A stretch of 63,993 nt of DNA, counting the filler, from Basidiobolus ranarum (lineage: Eukaryota): the NCBI GenBank assembly GCA_040143965.1. It is 3 parts of 3 records of this genome, joined end to end, with 100 filler letters (N's around TTAATTAATTAA, not from the genome) between each part and the next. Parts side by side here need not be neighbours in the genome. Positions count along the whole stretch, not along the records: positions 21,796 to 43,452 come from JASJQH010000199.1; 2 more parts are not named here. The stretch is one strand, 5' to 3'. The notes below the pieces were generated by a model, which was given only the letters and a program-made list of their open reading frames with translations, had not been told where the DNA came from and did not search any database. Positions within the stretch are counted from its first letter, which is position 1. Each line of letters starts with the position of its first letter. Below are positions 23,990 through 37,851 of the stretch, piece by piece. A program made the translations under genes and the position numbers.

Positions 23990-26026
23990 ATGTCTCAAAA
24001 GCAATTCTCAGTTGAGGTTGGACCAGAGAAACCTGATAACGCTACTCGTACTCGTCGCAACGTTCTCTCTCCCGATGAGTTCACTACCAGCCCACATCCA
24101 GACATTAAAACCTTAGCTGACCTACTTCCTTATCTCGTAAAAAACAAGGCTGACCGTAATGCTCTCGGATATCGAAGTGTTGAGGAGATTATCGAAGAGG
24201 AAAAGGAGATCACAAAGATCGTGGCAGGAAAAGAGACAAAGGAAAAGAAGACCTGGAAATATTTCAAGCTTGGATCGTATCAATGGTACACTTACAATGA
24301 TGTCGCTAGCATCTCCAAAGAGATTGGTTGCGGTCTCCTAAAGCTTGGTCTGAACTCCGGTGACAGAGTTACCATTTTCGCAAGGACTTCTCCTGAATGG
24401 ATTATGATGTCTCAAGCCTGCTTCTCTCAAAATTTAACCATCGTGACTGCTTACGAGACTCTAGGAGCTGATGGACTCAAGCATGCGTTAAATGAAGGTG
24501 AAATTTCGGTTATCTTCACCACCGCTGAACTTCTTAAAGTCATAAGCGATATTGCTGCCGATGTACCTACTCTAAAGCATGTAATATATATGGATGAGGC
24601 CAAGAACCCCATGGTCGACTCTCTGAAAACTAACTCCAACTTGGGAGTACATACATACGAGGAGATCAGAAAGTTAGGCGTTGAGAATCCTACTGAGTCT
24701 AATTTACCTGAACCTGAGGATCTTGCTTGTATTATGTACACCTCTGGTAGCACGGGTAATCCTAAAGGTGTGATGCTTAGTCATGCCAATATTGTTGCTG
24801 CTCTCGCTGGAGTTGATAAATTTATCAGAGCATTTGTGGATCCTGACAGTGATGTTCTTATTACCTATCTTCCCTTAGCTCATATCCTCGAATTTCTTGT
24901 CGAAAATTATGCCATGTTCCTTGGCCTACCGATGGGCTACGGTAATCCTCGTACATTGACAGATACTTCCGTACGTAAATGCAAGGGTGATCTTAGGGAA
25001 TTAAGACCAACAGTAATGTGCGGTGTCCCAGCTGTTTGGGAATCCATTCGTAAGGGAGTTATATCACAGGTTGAAGGATCCGGAAAAATTACCCAAGTTT
25101 TATTTGATCTTGCTCTTCGTAACAAATCATTTTTAAATTCCTATGGGATTCCTACCAGTATACTTGATACCATTGTATTCAACAAAATCAAAGAAGCTAC
25201 TGGAGGCCGTCTTCGGTTTGCTTTATCCGGGGGTGCCCCGATCGCCCCTGCTACATCGGAATTCCTAACTACCTGTATCTGCCCCATTATTCAGGGTTAT
25301 GGTATGACAGAAGCCACAGCGATGGCCACTTTTATGAATCCAGAAATAACCACTAGTAAATCGAATGGACCACCTGTTCCTTGCTGTGAAATCAAATTGG
25401 TAGATGTGGATGAGACTGACTATCGATCTACCAACGATCCTCCACAGGGTGAGGTTTGGGTTCGTGGACCTGCTATCATGAAGGGTTACTTTAAGAATGA
25501 AGAACTCACCAAGGAGGTTCTTACCGAAGATGGTTGGTTAATGACCGGTGATATCGGACAATGGCTTCCTGATGGGACTTTAGGGATCATCGACCGTAAA
25601 AAGAATCTGGTGAAACTATCAAATGGTGAATATATCGCTCTTGAGAAATTGGAATCGTTTTATAAAACCTCTTCCTACGCAGATAACATTTGTTTGTACG
25701 CCGATTCCTTCAAAAGTAGACCTGTTGGTATCCTAGTTTGCTCGAAGAGTAAATTGGAAGAGATAGCAAAGCAACAGGGTATCTCAGATATCGAATCATT
25801 AAGCCGTAAAGAACTATCGGAGAATGATCAGATTAGAAAGGTAATTCTACAAGATATGAATAGAATAGCCAAGAAGAACAAATTTGTATCTGCTGAAATG
25901 TTACATGACGTTTTTATCACTGATGAAGATTGGACTAGTGAGAATAATTTACTCACTGCCGCACAAAAATTGAAGCGTAGAGAGATTGTAAATCGTTACA
26001 AAGAGAAGATCGAAGCCTTGTATTAA
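23990..26026 (+). CDS. Long-chain fatty acyl-CoA synthetase (Faa1/Faa4/Lcf1 family); intronless
   Basis: 678 aa with YTSGSTGNPKG, YLPLAHILE, QGYGMTE, GWLMTGDIG and IIDRKKNLVKLSNGEYIALEKLE. Confidence 0.95.
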   Translation: MSQKQFSVEVGPEKPDNATRTRRNVLSPDEFTTSPHPDIKTLADLLPYLVKNKADRNALGYRSVEEIIEEEKEITKIVAGKETKEKKTWKYFKLGSYQWYTYNDVASISKEIGCGLLKLGLNSGDRVTIFARTSPEWIMMSQACFSQNLTIVTAYETLGADGLKHALNEGEISVIFTTAELLKVISDIAADVPTLKHVIYMDEAKNPMVDSLKTNSNLGVHTYEEIRKLGVENPTESNLPEPEDLACIMYTSGSTGNPKGVMLSHANIVAALAGVDKFIRAFVDPDSDVLITYLPLAHILEFLVENYAMFLGLPMGYGNPRTLTDTSVRKCKGDLRELRPTVMCGVPAVWESIRKGVISQVEGSGKITQVLFDLALRNKSFLNSYGIPTSILDTIVFNKIKEATGGRLRFALSGGAPIAPATSEFLTTCICPIIQGYGMTEATAMATFMNPEITTSKSNGPPVPCCEIKLVDVDETDYRSTNDPPQGEVWVRGPAIMKGYFKNEELTKEVLTEDGWLMTGDIGQWLPDGTLGIIDRKKNLVKLSNGEYIALEKLESFYKTSSYADNICLYADSFKSRPVGILVCSKSKLEEIAKQQGISDIESLSRKELSENDQIRKVILQDMNRIAKKNKFVSAEMLHDVFITDEDWTSENNLLTAAQKLKRREIVNRYKEKIEALY

Positions 26027-26415
26027 TTCTCAGTTTATGTATTAATTAATCACTGAATAATTTCAACATTGTCATGTATAAAACCCAAACTTTTCATATG
26101 TGAGTACAAACATGTTTCAAGTGGTATATATGACGTCTTTTACCCGTCTTTTACCGACATATGAGAAATCTCACCTTAACTGAAACCAACACCGAATGAG
26201 TTTTATATGGGTTTTATAATGAATGGAATATAGTTCATTTTCCATCTCCACGGATTTTAAGAATATAAGTAATGAATCTGAGATAAATTCTCGATGATTA
26301 CTTAGTTCCATTATTTCCTATTTTATTATTATGATCTTAATGAGCGTAAGTGAAGAGTATCCAAGATAACTTAATGATAATAATGTTCAAATGAATCCAA
26401 GGAAGCTTCATTTCT

Positions 26416-29400
26416 TCATTCCAATGGTCTTCTCTCTGAATCGAAATACTTTATGGCTGTCTCAAGACGTTGATAAAACCATTCTCTAGAGGGTTTATCT
26501 GGGATAGGTATGAATGGTCCTGGAATACCTTGTCCTTGATCTAATACCAAAGTAATCCCAGTATTCTCGATGATAGGTGTATGAAGTTCTTCAAATGGTA
26601 CTACCCATTCAGTAGCCATACGTCGATTTCCTCGAATACGAATTACCATCACTTTAGTATAACTTAATAATGCGACAGTTTCCTCTCCTCGTAATACTAG
26701 ATGTCCAGCATAGGTTTCATTAGCGAAAGCGCCATCATTGGCTTCTTTCAACCAGTATTGTCCTCTGGCACAGTGTGTACTAAAATTTCGAAGTATTCCA
26801 TCGATATCGATATACCTGGGTAAACGAATCCGGTCTAATGTAGCATTATCCCCCAACATTGTGGTGGTATTACGAATTCCCTCGGTCACATTAGAAGCTG
26901 CATCGAATATACCCACCACAGGTTTAGTTACCACTCCAACCAACCCCTTACCGAATCCCTTGATGAAGCCACCGAAGCCTTCTTTTTCAGCTCCAGCCAT
27001 AGGTTGAGTCTTGAAATGAAGATTTAGTATTAGAATAAAATAAATGGTATATACATAATATACTCACCACCACTCCAGAAATACCACTAACAAATCCTGA
27101 GGCTAACGAGTTTGCTCCTTGAGTGACACCATGAAGTGCATGTCGGGGCTTATTTCGAGTACGTGAGATTCGACGTCTTTCTTGGAATGCTTTATCCAAG
27201 GTAGCTGCACTTAAACCTTTTCCTAAACTACCCGTAAATTTGGAGAAACTATCCGAGAATCCGTAGACAGTTTTGGATAGGAAACTAGCGGTTCCTTTGG
27301 CCAATCCAATCCCTAAATCTTGTGGACGATCACTCAGAACTAATCCTTGATATGGTTCATAGAAAAAGTCTACCACTCCAGAGCTTACAGTGTTGAACAG
27401 TCCCACCGGATTACCAAGGAAATCCGCTGATCCAATGACATTATGGAATTGGTAGAATATCTCTTGCCAGTAATGTGTGTACAACCTGTCGATCAAATCT
27501 GGATAAGAGACCATCAAGCCTTCCATAACCAGCGAGTTGAGTTTGATCGGTGCATCATTGATATCTCCGATCGTCATGGTAAGAACGTTCTTCACATATT
27601 GTAATGGACTGTATGGTTGAAGAATTCCTTCTTGTGGAGTAGTGTGTTCACTTAACGAGAAAGAGATGTTGATTTTAACTGGTTGGATATGTATCACTTC
27701 AAAGAATAGTTGGGATCCTTCTTCTGGAAGTTTCGGCTCTGGAATATCTAAACTGGTGTCTCCTATGGAGGATTCATCTTCGTAGTTCCAACCTTGTACA
27801 TCGAACTTACAGAAATCCAATAAATTCGTGAGGAAATCTTCATCGGTTTCGAGCGATACTTCCTGTAGTAAAAAGGTACAATATTTGAAGTAGTCCACTC
27901 CGTGCGATTTGTCCTTGGATTTAATAATTGCTGCTTCGAAAACTGGTAACACATCGGTATTCTTGGTGCTCTTTGAGACGAATGTGGGATAGAGGATTGT
28001 GGGGGTAAGTGCTTCATATAATTGATTATCGATCTGCATCCATTTTATGACTAAGCTGACTGAGGTTTGCACTGTCGATTCGGTGTAATTAAGTTGAACA
28101 CTTCGTAACGATGCGTAAACAAGCTCTCGTATATTTCGATTGATTAGAGAAATACCAATTCCCTCGAGTCTAAAGTGAAGTGTGAATGTAACAATCGAAT
28201 CCACCTCCACTATCTCAAAACCACTTTCTCTTGCGGTATCTCGTCTGGAAACTGATTGTTCAAAGCTATCTCTGGTAGCAGTATCTCGTCTGGAAATCGA
28301 TTGCTCAAAGCTATCTCGAGTATCTCGTCTGGAGAGTGCCTGTTGCTTGGGACGATAGACGTTGTTCGCTTGTCCGTATTTGGTAAGGCTGAGTTCAATA
28401 ATCGGCCCATCTGCAAACACGTCAATTGCCATACAAGCTGATCCTTGCGGAGTGGGATATCTCCAGGGTTCTTGGGGTCCAATCTCTTGCAAACTGGCTT
28501 TGTACTCTTTACCTTGAATATTCAAAATCAAGGATTTCGCTGGTAACGAGGGATAGTCCCAGGCATACTGCATGGATTCACCAGAGGCTAAAGAGTAGCC
28601 TTCGACCGGTATTGCAGGCATACCGTCAGTGAATCGATCCCGGATGCTGGGGTTACGTTGGTATAATAGAACACTGGTACCTGATTTGTTGGTAATTCTA
28701 TAAGGCCATTTGCCTTTCTCTTTGCTAATGATTACAAAGATAGAGGCTCCTTGTAGCATGACATCGATTCTTATTAGCTCTACTCGGGTAGTAGGGCCAT
28801 GGTTACGATATACTTTGACAAATACCTTGCCAATATCTTCGATATTAAATGGTGCTGACCATTTGTTATTAAGACCAGGGAATCGAATGGTAAGTTGCTT
28901 CTCTAAACTTTCGTTGACAAAAGGAAGTGGGGCCCGTTGATTGGGATCCAGTTTTTGAATATCTGTTGAAGCCAATTCTCGAATATTAACGCTCTCTTCC
29001 ATGTTATTCTTGAGAATGAATCTGGGTGTGAGAGTGACCACTCTTGACAACAGATATTTTCCACTCCCTTGTTTGACAGACATGCCGAGATGAATTTCTC
29101 TTGGCTCGGATGAGAATGGAAGGGTGATGGGTGTTTCACTACCCACTACTTCAAAGCTCAATGGTTTACTCCATTCCGAATCTCCAATTTTGATGGATAC
29201 CCGACCTCGCGAATCCGATCCGGCGTAAGAGAACATAAATGGTAGTGCTTTGGTATCGCTATTCTCCGATTCCAATTGTAGCCCAGAAATCTTACTCATC
29301 TGTGAGCCTCTGCTTCTTATAAAGATGTCTCTGCCGGTTTTGTTGATTAGCACGTATGGACTATAGATCGAGAAGCGGTATGAGCCACCAGACTCGGGTA

Positions 29401-32400
29401 TTTCAAGACGCTTGATTCTAAGGTCAAGTTTCTGCTTTTGAGCATTTTGCATAACAAGTACATCCTCCAATGGCATCTCATGTGTATTCGATGATCCAAT
29501 AATGCTATACTCCCCGAAATCATATCCAGCATCTTTCACTTGAATACTCAAAAGCAAAAGTTGGTCGAGTTGAGATGTGTGAACTTGGGTGACTTTCCCT
29601 TGTTGCAAAGATCCAGTCCAACTTTGTTTGTTATCTTTGTCGACAAGTCGGTAGCGAAGATCATATGGCAAGAGATTCTCTATTTCAAAGGGGGAACTCA
29701 GGCGGATCGCCATACAAGGGTAGATGGAGTTCAACGGGTCGTTCTTGTCATAACGAGCATTGACTTGGTATCTGAAGGGTACGGTGGATTTATCGTAAGA
29801 TTGACAAATTGCTGTATGCGAATAGTTATCCACCAAAAATTCTCTCCAATACAGATGCTTAGTGCTCCAAGAATAATCATACGCAAGTGGTCTGATCTTG
29901 ATGGCGTTGCTATATCCCGTCTTTATGTTGACGGGATAGTCTTCGGCGGGAGGAACGATGGCGGGTGCTGAAATGGCATCTCCTTGATAGTTGACTATGA
30001 TTAGTTCCATGGGAATGGGTGTACGGTTTTCTATAACAAGAGGTGAGCGGAAAGTGACAATCTTGGTGTTCCCTTGTAGCTTGACGTCACATACGAGTCT
30101 ATGTGAGACGTATTCCAGCTTTGGACGAAGGACATACATATGCGAGCTTTCAATATCGACTGGGATGTTCTTAATACTTTCCCAAGGGACATTTTCGAAT
30201 TGTAGATTCAACCGATTCCTAGTAACCGTAGTTGTTTCTCTTGCCTTTCGCCAATCATCAAATCGCCATGGGACATCATCGCCATTGGCAATCTTTTGTA
30301 AGGCAGCTTGTGTGTTGTCGTCTTCTTCCGTTTCACACCAAATAAACAGATCCAATCCCGTTCGATTCTTGATGATATAGGGTACCGTCGTGCCTCGGTC
30401 ATTTGGGAACGTATGAGCTGATTGATCACTAATGCGAGATGCAACACCCAGAGCGACCTCGAGGAAAGCGTGGGAAAGATTGACGTCAAGATGTTTCTTG
30501 GATTCGATGGAAGTCATCTTGTTCGAATCAGTCACTTGAACTTCAAACTCCCATGGCTCGATCAATGGTTCCCAGTGAGAATTCTTGATATTCAGAAAGT
30601 TGGTTTGAAGTGCAACTTGCGCTTTCAATTGGAGCTTTGATGACCAGTTCGTGGCATTCACTACACATTTCATCAGTTGGAAATCCACAAAGGGTAAATC
30701 ATTCATATCGTTGACTAGGATGATTCCAAGATTCTTAAAGGTAAGATGAAGGTCTTCTTTCATGTTTATCTTCGGTTTGGTATCGCTATTGATGGAATTC
30801 AGTGTGACCGCATCATAATCCAAGTCCTCGATATCAGGCAAATCTAGGTCCATAGTGGATTGACTCGCAACAGATGCGGCAATCGAGGGTGGCCTACCAT
30901 TCGAAGAGGCGCTGGAGTTTTGATTGGTGTGATTCAACAGTTTCATTGCTTTATCAACGATGTCCATGAAAAGCAATGAATCTCTATAAGAGATGCGAGT
31001 AACGAGAGGGAAAACATCGACTTTAATATTTGTCAAGTGGGTGGTGGCGGAGGTGTCTCGATCGTCCATCGATATAATGAGGTCAAAGTTATCGATGACA
31101 CGTAAGGTACTCTCTTCCCTACGATCCATGCGACACAAAAAGACCTCAACATGATTGACCGACAACTCCATGATTGCTCTCTGTCGCAGCGTGAGTTGCT
31201 GACCGGAGAATATCACCGCCTCGGAGGTCACATCTTTAGAATCAGCAAGCAAGATAATCTCGGCGTTAACAACACTGATGTTGTAGGTAAACATATCTTG
31301 GTTATACTGGAAGGCAGCCGATTGGTCGTCCTTCGATACGGGTCCTTGAGGGGCTGGTTGTTCCAGACGATCAGAAAATGGGCTTAAGAAAAAGTCTCTG
31401 ATTGCAAAGAGTTGATCTAAAACCAGAATCATCTTTGGACTGTCAACAGTGATATTCGCATCGGCTTTAAGGTCCGAGGTCTGTCGGTAGATCAGGACAA
31501 ACTGAGGCCCACCCTGGGTGACTGCCGGAAGGATTTCCTTGAACTGGTTATCTGGATCTGGTCGAGAGTCAGTAACAACAAATGAATGAATTCGGACGTG
31601 CGTCTCGGTTGATTGATCTGATGAGAGTTTGACATCAAGACTCATATCATTCAGTGAAAATTGACATAAACTGGTGGTGGATTGAGTCTCATCACCGGCG
31701 AATATGTCCAAGAAGACCGTTTGCATGGTAAAGTTTCCTTCGAAATAAGTCCATACCTCCTCTGACTTGCCAATGGCATCCGCTTTTGCTTGGCTTTCTT
31801 CATCTGAGATGGCTTTCTGTTGTTCACTACTATTGACGGAATCGTCCCCTCCAAATATTAGGGTAATGGCATCTAGAACTTCAAAAATAAGGTTATACTG
31901 CTTTTCGGTTAGATTTATCTTGATGTTGGATATGGCGCCGCTAGACTAACAAAAGAAAACATCAATGGCTGTTTATATTAGCAGCAATCAAATGATAAAA
32001 GTTACTTTAGTATCGGGGCGCTTGGATCCCACAATGTGCTCTCCGTAGGTAACGTTGAGATTGATGTCAACATCATCAATGATCTGAAGAGATTGCGTGG
32101 TTTCGGACTCTGGTATAAATGATGTTGAGACCAAACGAATGTTCTTGATTTCCAACTGGATGATGTTCAAGAACATCTTTTCTGCCTCGGAGTTAGGCGA
32201 GAAAGTATTGGTCGCAGAGATCTCACCAAGGTTAGCAGTCAATGTGCATCTCGAGTCGTGTTTGGTTGGATAGACAATGATCGGAGACCGAATAGCAATG
32301 TCAAAATGCATTTTAGGAACTTGTTCTTGAAGCTGAGCGGCAGATTCAGCGGCAGCAAGTCTAGCCGACTCGAAAAGACCATGCATCTCTGCGAATTTAC

Positions 32401-35400
32401 TGGCAAAGTTAAGCAAGATTAACCATGGCTCTTCCAAAAATAGTAACTTTGCAGAACCCATGCGAAGATAGACCGAAGAATCTTGCCCACTCTCCGGAAA
32501 CGTTTCATATCGGAAGTCAGCTAACTCCTCTCCTTGGATGGTGAGTAGGTATTTGAAAGATTCGGCATTATTCGCGTTCATGAAATTGGATACGCTTATA
32601 TTCCCGAGCTTAGCACCCAGGCGTATATATTCGTCTCTTAAAACCACGGCTGCATCCCCCTTAAGCAAAGATATAGAAGAGAGTTTGGTTCCGTTATCAT
32701 TCAGAATGAAATTTATACTTTTCATTCTCGCCAGGATCTTCATGGTGTTATTGGTCGGTGTGGCATTCGACTCGGATTGATCTACATCATCTACGATGCT
32801 CTTTGATGTGGCACTGGAAGGAGTGGTAGGCACGAATGTAGCAAGTAGAAAATCATAAAGAGTCAAGATGCTTTTGTTGGTAATCACGATGTTAACCGAA
32901 GAGAAGGAAATATCGACAATCTGGTCGAATTTCTCGTATGTTGACATATACTCCGGAGATTGGGGATTAATTGAGTGATAGAGAATGCGGACCAGTTCTG
33001 CTTCATCCTCCTTATCCTCCGTTTCTGAGGTGATAATGTACTCAAATCCCTCACCGGGATTCATCATATCTTCAACAGCAAGCGATTGAATGGTGACTAA
33101 AGACTCCATGTCAAACTCTCTCTGGGTAAGCTCAATACGGAAATTGTTGAGGTGCATATTAGCAAGGGTGACTTCTTTCATCTCCTTATCTGCTTTACGA
33201 AGGGATGCTTCTAATCGGTCAATGCTAAATGAAAATTCCACCAATTTATGCTCAAGCTTCAGTCTAGTGTTACTAAGAGCATTATCCTAAAAGAACCATA
33301 TTCGAATTAGATAGTGTTGCTGCACTTTTGAAATTAGCAAACTTACTTGGTCGTCTTTGGCATCAAAGAACTCATCCTCTTCATCCTGCTCATCATCGTC
33401 ATCGATAAACAGTTCCGATGAATTATAATTGCTGTAGTAATTCGCACCTATCACTGAGTTCTGTGGTAAGACAGACTCTGTGGAGGATTCATCCCCAAGC
33501 ACGAGATCAATAAGCCTCATTAAAGCCTTGTACTTGGTGTCAGAAACGTTTATCTTCAACAGCGGTAAATCACCAGAAATCTTTAGCCCAGTGATATTCG
33601 AAGCCCGAGGAATAATCGAGACATCAACACAAAACTTCATATTGATTCGATCAACAATGTGGAGGTCATCATTCCGACCAGAATTATCGGTGTTTTTTAT
33701 CTTCGCTAAACATGATTCGAGATTTTGCCCAACCAAAAGCTACAAGATAATAGAAGCACATGTTTAGAGTTTGCATGGCAGATGATACTTCAACCCTCAA
33801 CCCTCAACCTCTTACCTGAACTGAATTCATGTTCACCAAAAACCGATCATACATCAGGTTCTCAAGTTCTTTAAGGTCCCCTTCGGTAAGGTTTCCTTTG
33901 ATCTTTTCCTCCATCTCAACTTTATGGTCTTTACTGACCAAATCGCTCTCTATCATGATATGACCAGAATCGAGAACAACCACTTGAGAGTCTTTGTCAT
34001 TGCAGCTTAAGAATACAACAAACGTTAGCACGTGATTTATAAATATTGCCATCAAGCATTAAACAGTACTTTTCGGGAAAGATGAAAATAGGAGCATTGA
34101 GATCGATCTTCACATCAATAGTCTTATGCTCCTCTAGAGCAAACTGGAGACCTGCCTTGGTTTGTTGAGTAAGACCTTCGATTGTACTCCCAGCTGCTTC
34201 CTATGAACAACAGTTGTCAAGAGAAGGCCTTTGATGTAAACGCTGAGAAGAATTTCCTTACCATAAGAGCGACCATGGATTCTAATGAAGACACTGGTGG
34301 TTTCAAGAACTTCGACACCGCGTCTATTACAGACGGGTTGTAAATGACTTCCAGATTTTGCATCTTCATCATCAGAGCATCATCTGCATGACTATCCAAG
34401 GGATTGTGCTCATAGTCAAGCAAAAAGAACGGATTGCTGTGATTTCTTAAAAATTCAAGAGTTTGCTCGGTTCTAAGACATGATATTAGCATAACGGGCA
34501 GAATTGATAGATCAGATTGGTACATACTGTTCTGATGTATCTTGGTCATCTGCAACCATGTCGTCCACATCGTCGTTTGTATCTTGTACGCGCATAAGAA
34601 GTGGATATAAGGTTCCTTCTGTGCTTCCGTCATACAAATTCAATCCATTTAGAGAGAGCCCAGCTTTGAAGGAATCAAACCTATTGAGGAACTTCATGGT
34701 GACAGTATCGAAAACCAGCTCGGCAATAACATTCTTGGATTTATGAGGACCTTGTTTAAGAGCAAGAGAGCCTCTTTTGAGCTGGGTTGTCACTGATAAA
34801 ATAACACTCTAAATTGATTGGAGGGATTCTTAAGTAAGTTTTTCACATCAAGTGGAAGTTTACACCGCATACCTCTTTAGGAAGTTGTAATGCGACTTCT
34901 GCTTGATTTTCATCGAAATCTATTGTTTCGTATAGCTCCTGCTTTTGCTCCTCCGTAAACGTGGGACCATCTTGTTCACCTTGGGTCTAAAGTACGATTT
35001 GGAAGAGCATAAATGGCTTTAGTCAAATATCTGAAAGATATCAAAATCGTGCAACTTTACATCCGCACTCCAGCCACTGAACCAGCCACCAAGCCATCCA
35101 GTAGGCTTCTCCTGCTCCTTTTGTTTTGCTGCAACAAAATGGTTAACAAAGTTGGAATATAGGAAATCAACAGAAGGGAAACAAACCGATGATAGCCTTC
35201 TCTTTTTTGAGCTTGGATTGGGCTAAAGATCTATAAAAACGAAGATCCTCAAAAGACAGTATCCGCTCGAGGGCCTCCAGTTTAGCTTCGTTCTATACAT
35301 TGTTAGAGTTAACTGTTAATGATGGATTTGAGGTTGTGAGCACCTATAGAGACGCATACCTCTGGCGTCAATCTCTCCAACTTTGAGTCGACATATAAAG

Positions 35401-37137
35401 GAATATAGGCTTTTCGTTGGTCACGACGTTCGGCAAAATATTTCCAAGACCATTTTCGGTTACGCTCATGGATCTCCGAGTAAACACATCTGCCTTTTAA
35501 CCAAACATCATAATTAGCATCACATCAATAAATCAGTTGCAACTTGGGCAATACCGGCGTAATCTAACCAGGCTCTTGGATTCTCTGCTACACTAACATG
35601 TCTAGGGGGTCGGTATTTTTGAAACTACGATGCAATGGTTAGAATTTACTTGTTAGTGGATATATTATGAACCCTCTAAACCTTCTTTTGTCGCATTGAG
35701 TATTCAAACAAGTTAGCCAACAGCAACATATCACGGTACTGTTCATCATCAAACACAAACCCAAATTCTTCAAACAGCAAGCCCGCAGCAACCTTGGGGG
35801 TATCCACATTGAAATTTTTGTTCACCCGAATCTGATCGACAACCAAAGAAGGTGAGTAGGAATCAATATTTACAACTATATCGTTATGCTTACACGTCCA
35901 ACACCCGTAACTGGCTTAAGAATAAATTGATGATTCTTGAATTTACTTTTGTCAGTGGAGATCTACAATAAATCATGCAGAAATATTAGCAACTATTGAC
36001 GTAAGAGCTGAACTTGAGCTGCAATCCGTCTCTTACCATTTGTGTGAAGTGTTCCACAAACTCGTCGTATGATTTTCCCGCTAGAGAGACCGTTTCAGTA
36101 TTCCAGTAAACGGCCATGGAACCCAGTTTAACTAACTAGAAGTATCAATGGCTTAATGAGAAGTCGATATGAATCAAATCTATTCTCTGGATGCTTTACT
36201 TTGTGAATTATATCTGTTTGTTGATCAATAAAGGTTTCTTTCCAATTTTCATCTGTAGAGCTAGCTGAAAGTTCGTGTAAAGTGAAGCCAACAGAGAACG
36301 GATGCTAAATACAATATTGGTTGTTCGTTAATCGAGTCCGTGTGTTTAGAATCTTCCTATTGTTAAAAGCTACCTCGGCATTACTGAGCTTATCTTCATA
36401 ACGTATGTGAATGTTATTGATAGAGACTTGTAGGTTATCGGCGATTTTTGTGACCAACTGGGTTACAAAAGAAGAAGATTTGGCATCATCTTGTTCCATA
36501 GGTTAAAATCCATTCAGATTGATGTGTCTTTTACACGAAACTATCTACTCTAATACCTTGTCCGGGGTCAATTTTAGGTTGCGTATGAAGCAACTCGGCC
36601 GTCTCTAGCTTTTCCTGTTTGAGAGCTTGTTGCCGTTCGTCTTCTTCCTCTTGGTTATATTCAGATTCACCACTGGGTGTGGCCAAAAGGTATACGTTGT
36701 TAATGTACACTCGTACAGGTTGGTTTTTCAGGTTGTGCCAAGGAATTTTACACGTCAATTCTCCTAGATAACCTATTAAATCCGGAATATGAGCATACAC
36801 GTCCTTAGTAAAGAAAGAGTGGATCCGAAGAAAATGAAGGAAAGGGACACTTCCCCTGCCAAAAATGGTATATGGGCTGATTCAAATTGTTTACAAACCT
36901 TCAACCACATTAATGGGGAGATTGAACTTATCTAAAGCCTCTTTTTTCAGCTTTAAATTCCGTAGTACCACGTCACCTATAAAAGACAAGGTTGAGATTG
37001 GGAAATTTCAAAGATACACTTAACTTGGTAATATTCATACCTTTCCATACGCCAACATTAAACTGAGAAGTCTCAAGATTGTCGACATAATCTCCAAGGA
37101 ATTTATTAATCACACTAGCAAAAACACCCTCGAACAT
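26416..37137 (-). CDS. VPS13: Vacuolar protein sorting 13 (lipid transfer protein), many exons
   Basis: Chorein N-terminus [52 protein letters not shown] repeats, [22 protein letters not shown]2_C-like [16 protein letters not shown] and C-terminal PH-like region. Confidence 0.96.
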
Positions 37138-37851
37138 GGTAGGATATTCTTTTTTTTATCGTCTAAAAGAAACTATCGACGCACTTTAGCGGAAGTTTCT
37201 ATTTACTATAGGTATGTAAGTGCTAAAAAAAGTCAAGGAAGTAGTTTTGTAAGGTTTCCACTTCAGATGAATTCCCTCAATTATCAGATCATATCTCGCT
37301 TATTGTGATGTCACAAGTACTAAAAATATCGTAGGGGATGATTCAATCATTTCGTCAGGAAACAAATTAAATGGATTTGGTCAATGAATGTAAATAGCGG
37401 ATAAGCTGTGTAACTATTCTTGATTCTCTATTCTGTAGCTATTCTCTTAGTGCACCATTTCAACATTTTTAAGGGATTTCCTTTTACATCAACAACATAA
37501 ATATCGAAATGGTACTGTAAGCGAGTGTTTAATATATACAGTGTCCAAACATTAACCAGTATTGTCATTCACTCTCTTCAGTAACTATAGTTCCAAATTG
37601 AAACTACGACGAAGATTACCTTTATATATTTTTAAAATACTCTTGAGATCATATCAATTTTTAACTCGATCGATGGTTGAACACAACAAACGACAACTTG
37701 GTGAATAAGCTTCACAAATCGTGAATTCCTGCTTTACCTCTCGATATCTCATCCGAATGTGACTGCGCTCATAGACCAACTCTAACCAATCATTAAATCC
37801 CTAAAACATCATTGATAAGCACGCTTTTCACTTTCTACCTCATACATAGGT

